Source: Patescibacteria group bacterium
Lineage (GTDB): Bacteria; Patescibacteriota; Minisyncoccia; UBA6257; 2-01-FULL-56-20
Assembly (NCBI GenBank): GCA_024654525.1
Contig: JANLHI010000031.1
Span: 18,774-82,773, forward strand
Direction: 5' to 3'
DNA length: 64,000 bases
This document shows positions 24,333 to 34,449 of the stretch, piece after piece. Position 1 is the stretch's first letter, and the number at the start of each line of letters is the position of its first letter. The notes beneath the pieces were generated by a model that worked only from the letters and a program-made list of their open reading frames with translations, did no database searches and was not told where the DNA came from. A program made the translations under genes and the position numbers.

Positions 24333-24372
24333 AACTGCGGTTATAAAACCTATCGGTTTTATAACCGCAGTT
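24333..24372. repeat. Palindrome A, downstream copy
   Basis: Perfect 18-bp arms aactgcggttataaaacc-tatc-ggttttataaccgcagtt. Confidence 0.92.
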
Positions 24373-24392
24373 GAAGAGGAACACTCATCGGC

Positions 24393-26207
24393 TCAAAGTG
24401 GGATTTGGTTGTTTTTTCTTTCATGGGGCTCAAGACGGATTTGTTTTCCCTCGATTTCTTTTTTAATTCCTGCCACAAATTCATTGATACTTGGTTCATT
24501 CGTTTGTTTTCCATCAGAAGTTACGAACGGGGCTATGGTATAAGGTCTCACATTCACTGTATCCGTTTTTTCTTCACGTTCTCCGATTATGACCATATAC
24601 GGAATTTTCTGCATTTCCGCTGCGCGGATGCGTTTCCCCAATGTTTCATCCGCATGTTTCATTTCCACGCGGACACCTTCTTTTTGGAGCGCATCGCGTA
24701 CTTTTGCGCCATAGTCGGCGAATTTGTCGCTCACGGGGATTATTGCCACTTGTATGGGGGAAAGCCAGAGGGGAAACGCGCCCGCGAAGTGTTCGATAAT
24801 AATGGCGAGATAGCGTTCGATAGCGCCCATAATTGCGGCGTGGAGCATCACAATGCGCTCATCCTCGCTTTTCTCATTCACGCAGGTAAGGTTGAAACGC
24901 TCCGGCATATTCATGTCGAGCTGAATGGTTGCAACCTGCCACTCCCGTCCGATGGAATCTTTTCCCATAAAATCTATTTTGGGACCATAGAAAGCGGCTT
25001 CTCCAGGAGCTTCAGGTGCGTCCACTCCTTTCTCGCGGGCGATGTCGCGAAGTATTCCCTCGGCTTTTTTCCAACTCGAGGGGTTGCCGAGATATTTCTC
25101 GGGGTGCTTAGGGTCATGGAGCGAGAGCCGTACTTTGAGTTCGAACCCGATAGCGCCGTAGAATTCATGCACGATATCCCAAATTTTCAAAAACTCTTCC
25201 TTTACTTGTGATTCGCGGCAGAACACATGCGCATCATCCTGCGTGATGCAGCGTACGCGCGCGAGTCCGGCAAGCTCGCCACTCTGCTCGTCGCGGTAGA
25301 CCATGGTGGTATTCGCATAGCGCTGGGGAAGGTCGCGATAGCTCCACTTTTTGCGGGCGTAGATTTGCGTGTGGTGGGGGCAGTTCATCGGCTTCATCGC
25401 AAACTCGTGGCCTTCCCTTGTCGTAATACGGAAGAGTTCGTCTTTAAACTTATCCCAGTGGCCACTCCGCTCGTAGAGGTCTTTCTTGGTGATATGAGGG
25501 ATTTCAACTCGCTCATACCCGCGTGCGCTGCGGAGTTCCCAGACAAAGGCGTCAAGCGTATTCCTGAGAAGCGTGCCTTTCGGAGTCCAAAGAGGGAGTC
25601 CTGCGCCCACGAGTTCGGAGAACGTAAAGAGGTCAAGTGCCGGACCTAGTTTTTTGTGGTCCCGCTTTTCCGCCTCCGCGCGCATCGCGAGGTATTCATC
25701 GAGTTCCTTCTTCGTCGCGAACGCGAGCCCATAAATGCGGGTAAGCATTTTGTTTTTCTCGTCTCCACGCCAGTATGCGCCCGCTACACGGTCGAGTTTG
25801 AAACTGTGTGGATCAATCTCGGCAAGGGGGAGTGTATGCCCTCCTTTGCAGAGATCTACAAACCCACCGCAGGTGTAGAAGGTAAGTGTTTTCTTTTCCT
25901 TGGCGAATTCATTCGCGAGTTCCATCTTATATTTATTCCAATCAAACTCTTTTTTTACTTCCTCGAGCGTGACGGTGTTGCTCGTCCACTCCGTCCAGCG
26001 CGGCAAAAGCTCCTGCATTTTCTTTTCGATTGTGAGAAGGTCGTTTTCAGAAATTTGCGCAGGTAACTCAAAATCCTGATAAAACCCGTTCTCGATTGCA
26101 GGGCCGATGGCGTTTTGCGCGCCCGGGTAAAGTTCCCGTACCGCCATAGCGAGGAGATGGGCGAGGGAGTGGCGAATGACTTCGATATTTTCGTGTGTGA
26201 TCTTCAT
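24393..26207 (-). CDS. thrS: Threonyl-tRNA synthetase (no N-terminal TGS domain)
   Basis: RHSLAHL, DLCKGGH, KPMNCP, AFYGPKID. Confidence 0.98.
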   Translation of the reverse strand: MKITHENIEVIRHSLAHLLAMAVRELYPGAQNAIGPAIENGFYQDFELPAQISENDLLTIEKKMQELLPRWTEWTSNTVTLEEVKKEFDWNKYKMELANEFAKEKKTLTFYTCGGFVDLCKGGHTLPLAEIDPHSFKLDRVAGAYWRGDEKNKMLTRIYGLAFATKKELDEYLAMRAEAEKRDHKKLGPALDLFTFSELVGAGLPLWTPKGTLLRNTLDAFVWELRSARGYERVEIPHITKKDLYERSGHWDKFKDELFRITTREGHEFAMKPMNCPHHTQIYARKKWSYRDLPQRYANTTMVYRDEQSGELAGLARVRCITQDDAHVFCRESQVKEEFLKIWDIVHEFYGAIGFELKVRLSLHDPKHPEKYLGNPSSWKKAEGILRDIAREKGVDAPEAPGEAAFYGPKIDFMGKDSIGREWQVATIQLDMNMPERFNLTCVNEKSEDERIVMLHAAIMGAIERYLAIIIEHFAGAFPLWLSPIQVAIIPVSDKFADYGAKVRDALQKEGVRVEMKHADETLGKRIRAAEMQKIPYMVIIGEREEKTDTVNVRPYTIAPFVTSDGKQTNEPSINEFVAGIKKEIEGKQIRLEPHERKNNQIPL

Positions 26208-26227
26208 GCGGTCAATAATACCAGTTT

Positions 26228-26947
26228 TTGTGCGAGAACGGGAGGGCTTGTGTTCCCATGATTTCTATGTCAAAAATAACCCAGTTTTTTGATATTATGA
26301 ATATGAACAATACATTAGAAAAAAGGTTTCAATTCCTTCTCGCACTTGGAACGGTAATCGGATGGGACGATATTCCTTCCGAACAAATGGACATTTTTCT
26401 CAGTGCATGTGCGGATGATCCGACTTTGCGCGAGCATTTCGCCATTTTTTCGAAAAACGGTTTTCGAATGAAAATGCCGAATTTTTTTCGTGACACGGAA
26501 GAGATTGCAATTCAAATTCCGCTTCCGCCGATTCCGTGTCCCACACTTCCACAACTCCGGAAAAAATTTTCTTGGATTAAGGAATCAGACGGGATAGAGT
26601 ACGACATTTCAAGCATGGAACCGACTACTCTAAAACTTGGCACAGTACTTATGCTAAACGAGACAGAAGGAATAAAGGGAGTTGAGTACGAATGGCGTCT
26701 TACCCCGAATATTCATTTGTGTCTTGGGTATCAGCATGCGGTATGGCTTGCGGAGCATCAAGACGAATTTCCTTCTCTCGTACAATTTCTTGGAAAAATA
26801 TACATTGATTTTCCGGGGATTGTAGTCGTGAGTGCTGAAGGGGATCGACGTACGTTTGCACTTAACGGACTTGAGGATAGGTGGGTGGTATATTGTCATC
26901 CGATTCGGGACGGTCTTCGTCAAACAGGGAGGATTGCATATTCTTAA
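26228..26947 (+). CDS. Hypothetical protein (start probably ~26297)
   Basis: Long ORF followed by a terminator; C-terminus possibly C-type-lectin-like. Confidence 0.65.
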   Translation: MCENGRACVPMISMSKITQFFDIMNMNNTLEKRFQFLLALGTVIGWDDIPSEQMDIFLSACADDPTLREHFAIFSKNGFRMKMPNFFRDTEEIAIQIPLPPIPCPTLPQLRKKFSWIKESDGIEYDISSMEPTTLKLGTVLMLNETEGIKGVEYEWRLTPNIHLCLGYQHAVWLAEHQDEFPSLVQFLGKIYIDFPGIVVVSAEGDRRTFALNGLEDRWVVYCHPIRDGLRQTGRIAYS

Positions 26948-26963
26948 ATGACATTTTATCTAC

Positions 26964-26995
26964 AAAGAGCTCCGGCATATGTGTCGGAGCTTTTT
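26964..26995. terminator. Intrinsic terminator
   Basis: aaagagctccggca...tgtcggagctttt. Confidence 0.7.
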
Positions 26996-27053
26996 ATTTT
27001 TATAAAAAAGATATGGCTTCACGGCGTATTGAAAATAGTTTAAGATGAACGCA

Positions 27054-28331
27054 ATGCTCGACATTGATCTCATCAGGAACGAACCGGAACGGGTGAAAAA
27101 GGCCATTGCATCAAAGAACACCGACTCCAAGCTGGTGGACGACTTCCTTTGGTTTGATGCGAAATGGCGCGCGATTACGAACCGGCTTGATGGGTTACGG
27201 GCGAGGCAAAAGCAGCTCTCCATGGAGCGTAAAATTGATATCGCTAAACAAAACAAAGAAGTGATAAAAGGAGTAGAGGAAGAGTTAAAGGTGGTTGAGG
27301 TGAAGCGCGATGAATTTTGGATGCGAATTCCGAATATCCCATCGGATGACACGCCTATAGGCAAAGATGAGATTGAAAATAAAGTAATCCGCGTGGTGGG
27401 AAAACCAAAGAAATTCGATTTTAAGCCAAAAGACCATCTCGAGCTGGGCGAAGCGCTGGGATTGATTGATGTGGAAACCGCGGCAAAAGTATCGGGTACT
27501 CGTTTCGCATATTTAAAAGGAGCGGCGGCACAGCTTGAATTTGCGCTTGTGCACTATGCGCTTGCAACACTCACGAATCCGAACGTAATGCGTTCCGCCG
27601 CGGAAGGAGTAAAATCGGGATATAGCGGAAAACCGTTCGTGCCGGTGGTGCCACCGGTGCTTATTCGTCCTGAGGTGATGCGGAGAATGGGACGCCTCGA
27701 GCCGAAAGAGGAGCGCTATCATATTCCCTCGGATGATTTGTACCTTGTGGGTTCCGCGGAACACACGCTGGGGCCGTTGCACATGGACCAGACAATTCTC
27801 GAAAAAGACTTGCCCATACGTTATGTAGGATTCTCGACAAGTTTTCGGCGTGAAGCGGGAAGTTACGGCAAAGACACGCGCGGGATTTTTCGTGTGCACC
27901 AATTCGACAAAGTGGAGATGGAAAGTTTCACGCTTCCGGAACACTCGATTACCGAGCAGGATTTTTTTGTGGGGGTTCAGGAATATCTCATGTGGTCGCT
28001 TGAGCTTCCCTACCGTGTGATTATTTGCTCGACGGGAGACCAGGGAGACCCCGACGCGCGGCATCTTGATCTCGAAACGTGGTTTCCGAGCGAGGGAATA
28101 TACCGCGAGACGCACTCGGCTGATTTAATGACTGACTATCAATCGCGGCGCTTGAATACGAAAGTCCGGCGTGTCGACGGAAAAACGGAATTTGCGCACA
28201 TGAACGACGGGACGGTATTCGCGGTCGGGCGCACTATTGCGGCAATCCTCGAAAATTATCAGACAAAAGAAGGAGAGGTGGAAATTCCGAAAGTACTTCA
28301 GAAATATGTCGGAAAAAAAATTATCAGCTAA
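27054..28331 (+). CDS. serS: Seryl-tRNA synthetase
   Basis: MLDIDLIR, FRREAGSYGKDTRG, RVHQFDKVE, ILENYQ. Confidence 0.98.
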   Translation: MLDIDLIRNEPERVKKAIASKNTDSKLVDDFLWFDAKWRAITNRLDGLRARQKQLSMERKIDIAKQNKEVIKGVEEELKVVEVKRDEFWMRIPNIPSDDTPIGKDEIENKVIRVVGKPKKFDFKPKDHLELGEALGLIDVETAAKVSGTRFAYLKGAAAQLEFALVHYALATLTNPNVMRSAAEGVKSGYSGKPFVPVVPPVLIRPEVMRRMGRLEPKEERYHIPSDDLYLVGSAEHTLGPLHMDQTILEKDLPIRYVGFSTSFRREAGSYGKDTRGIFRVHQFDKVEMESFTLPEHSITEQDFFVGVQEYLMWSLELPYRVIICSTGDQGDPDARHLDLETWFPSEGIYRETHSADLMTDYQSRRLNTKVRRVDGKTEFAHMNDGTVFAVGRTIAAILENYQTKEGEVEIPKVLQKYVGKKIIS

Positions 28332-29454
28332 GCTGAGTGGTTTGCGCACATGGGTTGAAATCGATAGTAATGCGGCGCATCACAACTATAAGACTTTTCG
28401 GCGCCTGATAGGGCCAAAGATAAAACTTTGGGCAGTGGTAAAATCAAATGCATATGGTCACGGTCTTGTGTTGTTTTCCAAACTTGCGGATAGTTTTGGT
28501 GCAGATGGTTTTTGTGTCGATTCTATCATTGAGGGAAATCGTTTAAGGCAAGAAGGAGTCACCAAGCCGATTCTTATTCTGGGGCCGACCCTTCCCGCGC
28601 GTTTACGGGATGCGGAGGAAAACGGGATTACCGTGAGTGTTTCGAATACCGATGCGCTTAAGGCGATTATTTGCGCCAAGCCCCATCCCGCATTTCATAT
28701 TAAAGTAGATACGGGGTTTCATCGTCAGGGTTTTTATGTGGAAGATATTCCGAAAGCTATCGCGTTAATTCAAAACTCAAAATCCAAAATTAAAAATTCA
28801 TTTAAGGGTGTGTTTACTCATTTTGCGGCCGCAAAAGACGTGACGTATCCGACATATACCGAGATGCAATTTGGGAAGTTTGAATTGGCGTTGCGAATGT
28901 TTCGGGATGCGGGATTCGACAGTCTTACGGTTCATGCGGCGGCTACGGGAGCTACCACGCTCAATGCGAAATATCATATGGATGCCGTTCGAGTAGGTAT
29001 GGGGCTTTATGGATTTCACGCATCTCCCGAGCTTGAGATGCAACTTCCTTATAGTGCATTGAAGCCGGTACTACACTGGAAGACCGTGGTGAGCGAAGTG
29101 AAAAAATTTAATGTAGGAGATTATGTGGGATACGATATCACCGAGCGAATGAGACATTCGGGAATGATGGCTGTTCTTCCTATCGGGTATTGGCATGGAT
29201 TTCCTCGGGCGTTTTCAAGTATCGGAGAGGTGCTTATAGGGGGAAGCGTTGCGCGTGTCATCGGACGTGTTTCTATGGATCTGACCGTGGTTGATGTAAC
29301 CGGAATCAAATGCAAGCCCGGAATGGCAGTGGTAGTTATCGGAAAGAGCGGCAAGGAGGAAATTCGCGCGCAAGAGACGGCGAGGATAATAGGTACTACT
29401 CAATATGAGCTTCTTACGCGATTGAATCCTCTTATGGAAAGAATAATCGTTTAA
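28306..29454 (+). CDS. alr: Alanine racemase
   Basis: AVVKSNAYGHG (PLP lysine), HIKVDTG, GRVSMD. Confidence 0.96.
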   Translation: MSEKKLSAKLSGLRTWVEIDSNAAHHNYKTFRRLIGPKIKLWAVVKSNAYGHGLVLFSKLADSFGADGFCVDSIIEGNRLRQEGVTKPILILGPTLPARLRDAEENGITVSVSNTDALKAIICAKPHPAFHIKVDTGFHRQGFYVEDIPKAIALIQNSKSKIKNSFKGVFTHFAAAKDVTYPTYTEMQFGKFELALRMFRDAGFDSLTVHAAATGATTLNAKYHMDAVRVGMGLYGFHASPELEMQLPYSALKPVLHWKTVVSEVKKFNVGDYVGYDITERMRHSGMMAVLPIGYWHGFPRAFSSIGEVLIGGSVARVIGRVSMDLTVVDVTGIKCKPGMAVVVIGKSGKEEIRAQETARIIGTTQYELLTRLNPLMERIIV

Positions 29455-29486
29455 ATTTTTGGTGTATTGTTTCTTATTATTCCTGT

Positions 29487-30368
29487 ATGAAAATTGATTC
29501 TTTTTTTTCGAAGTCTGACCGAGCGCGAAAGATGCGGCGTCGGCGTATTGTTATGATCTGTATCGCGGGGTCTGTGGGAATGGGAATGATTGGCGTGATA
29601 TGGATAGTGAGATATGCGCCGATATTTCAATTGAAGAATATTGTGATACGTGGCAATGTGCACGAACAGTCTTCTGATGTGCATGACGCAGTACTCAGTA
29701 CTCTTTTCGAAGGAAGTATATTCCGAAATGTTTTTGGCACGGATCATATGTTTTCATGGTCAAACAAAGAATTTCGAAATCTCGCGTTTCTTCCGGAAGT
29801 TTTGCGTGTCCAAGTTTCAAAAAATTATTTTGCGCGTACGGTGTATATTGATGTGACCGAACGGGTACGAGAGGGGATTTGGTGTCGTATGGCGTTTACT
29901 GACGATGATAATGAGGCGTTATCAGACATTGATGAAACGCCGACTCGCATTCTTTCTCAAGCTTTCTCTCGTGGATGCTGGTGGTTTGATAAGGGAGGAG
30001 TTCTTTTTGCTCGCGCACCTGGAGGAGAGGGGGGGTTACTCCGTACTCTCAAGGATTATTCAGATCGATCACTTGGCGTTGGAGATTCTATATTACCATC
30101 GCCACTCATGGAAAATATTTTTTCCGTTTTTGTTGCGCTCGAAAAGAACGGTATTATTGCGCGAGAAGTGCGTCTTGACGACCTTACGAGTGAGGATATA
30201 CAAGTCGTTACCGCACAGGGTCCTCTTCTCTATTTCAGTCTAAGATTTTCCACAGAAAACATTACGAGCGTATTACGGGATGCATTTCTCGGCTTGGGGA
30301 AATTTCCTCCCGTTTCAAAATTGCACTATCTGGATTTCAGAGTGGAAAACAGGGTGTACTACAAGTAA
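29487..30368 (+). CDS. FtsQ/DivIB-like cell division protein
   Basis: Basic N-terminus, TM, POTRA-like region, C-terminal YLDFRVENRVYYK. Confidence 0.75.
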   Translation: MKIDSFFSKSDRARKMRRRRIVMICIAGSVGMGMIGVIWIVRYAPIFQLKNIVIRGNVHEQSSDVHDAVLSTLFEGSIFRNVFGTDHMFSWSNKEFRNLAFLPEVLRVQVSKNYFARTVYIDVTERVREGIWCRMAFTDDDNEALSDIDETPTRILSQAFSRGCWWFDKGGVLFARAPGGEGGLLRTLKDYSDRSLGVGDSILPSPLMENIFSVFVALEKNGIIAREVRLDDLTSEDIQVVTAQGPLLYFSLRFSTENITSVLRDAFLGLGKFPPVSKLHYLDFRVENRVYYK

Positions 30369-30453
30369 ACTTTCAAACGTATAACTTATGACCAATAACC
30401 AACAATGCACCACGAGGGTTTTTCTATGTGTGGTAGGTTGCTGGTTAAACGCG

Positions 30454-32361
30454 TTAGAGTTTGTAGATGAAGATTGATGTCCCTGCGCGTGCATCGGGTT
30501 TCGGAATTATGCCGATACCAGACGGAGAGGAGTGAGTGTCAGTGAGTTTCTCGGCACGGCTCGAGATAAGCCATTGATATTCGTCTTCCGGTTTACGTTC
30601 GAATCCTTTCTCTTTCGGTTGTACCGCGTTTTGAAGCGTATTGATTGACACCGCGAGCCAGTGAATGTCGTGCAAAGCAGGGTTTCCTTTTGAGGAGTTC
30701 CAATCAACTGCAGTGTCGCCAAGATAATAATGAGGATTTCCTCCCCCGAAATAATCTACTGCAATCGTGTGTATTTCCGGGTGGGATCGTGTAAATGATT
30801 GAAGTGCGAGAAGATCTTGTCCCCAGTCGTAATTCGAATCGGTGGCGTAGCGGTAACCGTTCCACGTGCCTCCTCCGATTTCATTGAAGTAAGAGAGGAA
30901 ATGGGGAGTGGCAAATGCAACTTCCGTGAAGAACCAGAAACCGAGGAATATTATGATCGTCCAGTGTATGGTTGCATACGTCATGCGCGCGAGTGACAAA
31001 AAACGTTCGCGGATTCGGGCAAGTTGTATCATGAGTTTTGTTTTCCATGCGTGCGTGGCGAGTATGTATATAAGAGGAAGAGTGGGAATGATATGACGAA
31101 TACCAATATTCAAATTACTTTTTATACTCCATCCCCAATAGAGCGCGATGAAAATGCCGAGCGCCCATGCATCAAAGTTTTTCCCTATTTTTTCGGGTAT
31201 TTTCTTTATGGAGCGGAGTGATTTCGAGAGAGCGATTAGTCCTGTGATTATCGCAACAAGAACAAAGATGAGGGAGGGAAGTGGTTCTTTTAATGCGTAC
31301 ATTATCGGGAAGTACCATGAAGATCCGGTTGCTGACACATTACCGAGAAAATATCCCGTATTGCCTCCATGCGCGCGCTGGATGACCATAAGAACTCCCA
31401 ATGCATATTCTGCAAGTGGGCGTGTAAGGGGGTTGTGTGTCGCCGCGATAGTGGCATCTGCAACGCAACGAAGGGGCGTACACAGTGTGTGTGGTGAGGT
31501 ACGCCCCCCTTCAAACGACGAGAGTATGAATTCTGTGTCGGCGCTTTGGCGTGCAGGAGGATATTGAAGTGTAAAAAGTGAATAGACGGGATATACCACA
31601 AATGCATATGCCGCAAATACGATGAGTGATGTTTTGATAATCATGTCGCGTGCATTGCGCACAAGCGAGTCGCGCGATGTTCGGGGCATAGTCCATACTT
31701 TAAGTAGTGCCAGAATAAAAAAATAAGGAATGAGCAATACTGCGGAAAATTTCATAAGTTGCGCAACGCCGAGTGCTATGCCCGCATAAAAGAGAGAGTG
31801 TTGCGAGGGTGTGCGTAGAAAGCGTAGCATTGCCCATAGTGCAATTACGATGCCGAATGTCGCGGCAACATCCGTAGTCACATAGTGGCCGTGAGCAAGT
31901 ATTGTGGGGTTGAGAGCGAAAAGTGTCGTAGGGACAAGACTCCACCATGACCCGAACCATTCCCGCGACCAAAAGTACACTACTATAATAGTGAGTAGAG
32001 TAATGAATATGGGGCCTATGCGTGCGATACGAATCAAGGTGTCTGCATTATTGCCGGATTCATAAAGAAATGCGGTTCCCATATCCCACTGACCGTTTAT
32101 ATCCGATTGCCACGCACTATGTGTTTCGGGGAATGTGGGGTTTATCGCGAGAAGAGGAAATCCCGCAAGTGCTTTAAGGAGTGGAGGGTGTTCGGGGTTC
32201 AAGCGATAGTCGAATGTATGTACGTAAGAATATCCTGCGGGAATGTGCGCAAGCTCGTCCATGATTGCCGAGTCGGTGAAAGTTCCCCACGTGAGAAGTG
32301 CGGTTGTGATGATGAGCAGTATGCCAAGGCATAACAAGGGGGCATAGTGACGGATGCGCAT
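30454..32361 (-). CDS. GT-C fold glycosyltransferase (ArnT/PMT-like)
   Basis: DELAH, NPEHPPL, many TMs, DSNYDWGQDL. Confidence 0.85.
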   Translation of the reverse strand: MRIRHYAPLLCLGILLIITTALLTWGTFTDSAIMDELAHIPAGYSYVHTFDYRLNPEHPPLLKALAGFPLLAINPTFPETHSAWQSDINGQWDMGTAFLYESGNNADTLIRIARIGPIFITLLTIIVVYFWSREWFGSWWSLVPTTLFALNPTILAHGHYVTTDVAATFGIVIALWAMLRFLRTPSQHSLFYAGIALGVAQLMKFSAVLLIPYFFILALLKVWTMPRTSRDSLVRNARDMIIKTSLIVFAAYAFVVYPVYSLFTLQYPPARQSADTEFILSSFEGGRTSPHTLCTPLRCVADATIAATHNPLTRPLAEYALGVLMVIQRAHGGNTGYFLGNVSATGSSWYFPIMYALKEPLPSLIFVLVAIITGLIALSKSLRSIKKIPEKIGKNFDAWALGIFIALYWGWSIKSNLNIGIRHIIPTLPLIYILATHAWKTKLMIQLARIRERFLSLARMTYATIHWTIIIFLGFWFFTEVAFATPHFLSYFNEIGGGTWNGYRYATDSNYDWGQDLLALQSFTRSHPEIHTIAVDYFGGGNPHYYLGDTAVDWNSSKGNPALHDIHWLAVSINTLQNAVQPKEKGFERKPEDEYQWLISSRAEKLTDTHSSPSGIGIIPKPDARAGTSIFIYKL

Positions 32362-32405
32362 GTGGTTATTTGTGATTATTATAGAATGAGTTCACAATAG
32401 CAACG

Positions 32406-34424
32406 ATGGATGACTTTTCAAAGCGCAGGCAATCATTGTCGGATATCCGTATACCACGGGCATCCGTATCTCACGAAGCGCGCGTGCGTGATAATGGGAA
32501 TGCACCAAAAAGAACATTGCATGATGGTCCTCCTCGCCATGGAGTACCCGGGGTGTTTCGTATTGGAATATTGTTTTTCAGTGTGGCGGTCATGGTATAT
32601 ATCATTATAACCGCCGTGGTGGCGGCGCGAGTGCCTCAATCGGTTTCCATAAGCACGGAACATATCAACGAAGGAGTGAAAAATCTTTGGGATCTTGATG
32701 CGGAAGGAGCCATGGAAAATTTTGGGAAAGTAAAAAAAGAAATTTCTTTGTTTTCTCCCGGCGAGTTGAGCATCTTACAGCCCTTCTTTTCAAGTGCAAC
32801 CGGAATTCTTTCCGGTATCTCGGGAATTGCAGGATCGGGGATCGCGGTTGCAGAGGACATTGACTATATTCAGACTCATGCAGTTGATATTTTGACGGGG
32901 TATGATGATAACGATGTGGTGGTCAGGCTTGAACGTGTTCGCGATGTACTCGCTGACATTCGGGGTGATACGCAGGCAGTTACGTCTCATGCTTCGACAT
33001 TAGGAGAGAAAACATCAATTTTTTCTGAGCTTATAACCCCTTATTCTTTTGACATCGCCACATTCGAACAATTTTTAGACACGATAATTGTGTGGTTGCG
33101 CAATCCCTCGGGAAGGAAAATAATCGTTGCGTTTCAAAATCCCGCCGAAATGCGTCCTGCAGGAGGTTTTTTTGGAAGTTTTGCCGAGGTTGAATTACGT
33201 GATGGTATTCTTACGTCGTCGACCGTACGCGATATTGTCGAGGCGGATCGTGAATTTGATGATAATGTGATTCCTCCCGCGCCATTACAGTCGCTTGTCC
33301 GTCGATGGAAGGCTGCGGATTCCAATTGGTTTTTTGATTTCCCGTTGTCCGCCGATCATATGATTTCGTTTCTCGAACATTCGAATTTATATCAAAATAC
33401 ATCCACTACGTTTGATGGGCTTGTCGCAATTTCGCCGAAAATAGCGAAAGATATTCTTTCGATTACGGGACCGGTTGAGGTGGAAGGTCTTGGAATTCTT
33501 ACCGCAGATACTTTTCTCGAAGAACTTCAGAAAAGCGTACAAACCGAGCAAGCGGCCGGCAGTGACATCCCCAAACAATCACTCGCTATTTTTTTTGAGC
33601 GCATACGTACGCATGTACATGAGTTTAATGATGTTCAAAAAAAACAATTATTTGACATGATTGGCACGTGGTTGCGTGCGCGCGAGGTGATGATATTTGT
33701 TAAAGACGCGCCTCTTGAAGGGATGATAAAGTATTATGGTGCGGGCGGAGAGGTGTATAATCCTCCCGACGATTTTGAAGGAGATTACCTCGCGGTAGTG
33801 GACGCGAATGTAGGAGGAGGAAAAACAGATCGTTTTATTGCACAAAAAGTGGTATTTGAGAGTCAGCTTGACGAGCAGGGTATTGTAAACAATCACCTTG
33901 TTATCGAGCGAACTCACCAAGGCGATAAGAGTCCATATTGGTGGAATCGTCTTGCGAACGATAACTATGTGCAGATATTCGTTCCCGAGCGTGCGCGTCT
34001 TGTTAATATTTCCGGAGGGTCGAAGGTGAGTGCGTCCCCCAGGCGTTACGGAGGCGATTTTCAGGACGATCCTCTTGTTGCGGAGATAGAGCGTGGCACT
34101 AATGTTGATATTGCATTTCCGCAGATTACTTCTCATGTCGAATCGGGTAAGCGAGTGTTTGCGACTCGTATGGTAACTCCGCTGAAGAGCTCGTCTAAAG
34201 TAGTAGTGGATTATTCTCATCGTCTTTTTGTCGCGCCAAGCGAGGGAACGCGCTATCAATTTGTATTTGAAAAACAGGCGGGGTCGCTACGGGAATATCA
34301 TTTTTCTATCAGTGCACCTGTTGGGTTTTTCTTTCGTGAGAATCAGCTTCCTGTATGGAGTTATATCTCCTTTGACCCTCCGGGGAGATTTATGGTAAGT
34401 CTCACACTTCAAAAGTTGCAATAA
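32406..34424 (+). CDS. DUF4012-like membrane-anchored protein
   Basis: QNPAEMRPAGGF, DSNWFFDFP, NVGGGKTD, KQAG. Confidence 0.82.
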   Translation: MDDFSKRRQSLSDIRIPRASVSHEARVRDNGNAPKRTLHDGPPRHGVPGVFRIGILFFSVAVMVYIIITAVVAARVPQSVSISTEHINEGVKNLWDLDAEGAMENFGKVKKEISLFSPGELSILQPFFSSATGILSGISGIAGSGIAVAEDIDYIQTHAVDILTGYDDNDVVVRLERVRDVLADIRGDTQAVTSHASTLGEKTSIFSELITPYSFDIATFEQFLDTIIVWLRNPSGRKIIVAFQNPAEMRPAGGFFGSFAEVELRDGILTSSTVRDIVEADREFDDNVIPPAPLQSLVRRWKAADSNWFFDFPLSADHMISFLEHSNLYQNTSTTFDGLVAISPKIAKDILSITGPVEVEGLGILTADTFLEELQKSVQTEQAAGSDIPKQSLAIFFERIRTHVHEFNDVQKKQLFDMIGTWLRAREVMIFVKDAPLEGMIKYYGAGGEVYNPPDDFEGDYLAVVDANVGGGKTDRFIAQKVVFESQLDEQGIVNNHLVIERTHQGDKSPYWWNRLANDNYVQIFVPERARLVNISGGSKVSASPRRYGGDFQDDPLVAEIERGTNVDIAFPQITSHVESGKRVFATRMVTPLKSSSKVVVDYSHRLFVAPSEGTRYQFVFEKQAGSLREYHFSISAPVGFFFRENQLPVWSYISFDPPGRFMVSLTLQKLQ

Positions 34425-34449
34425 TTTTCGATTGTCGTATAAGTTCTCT

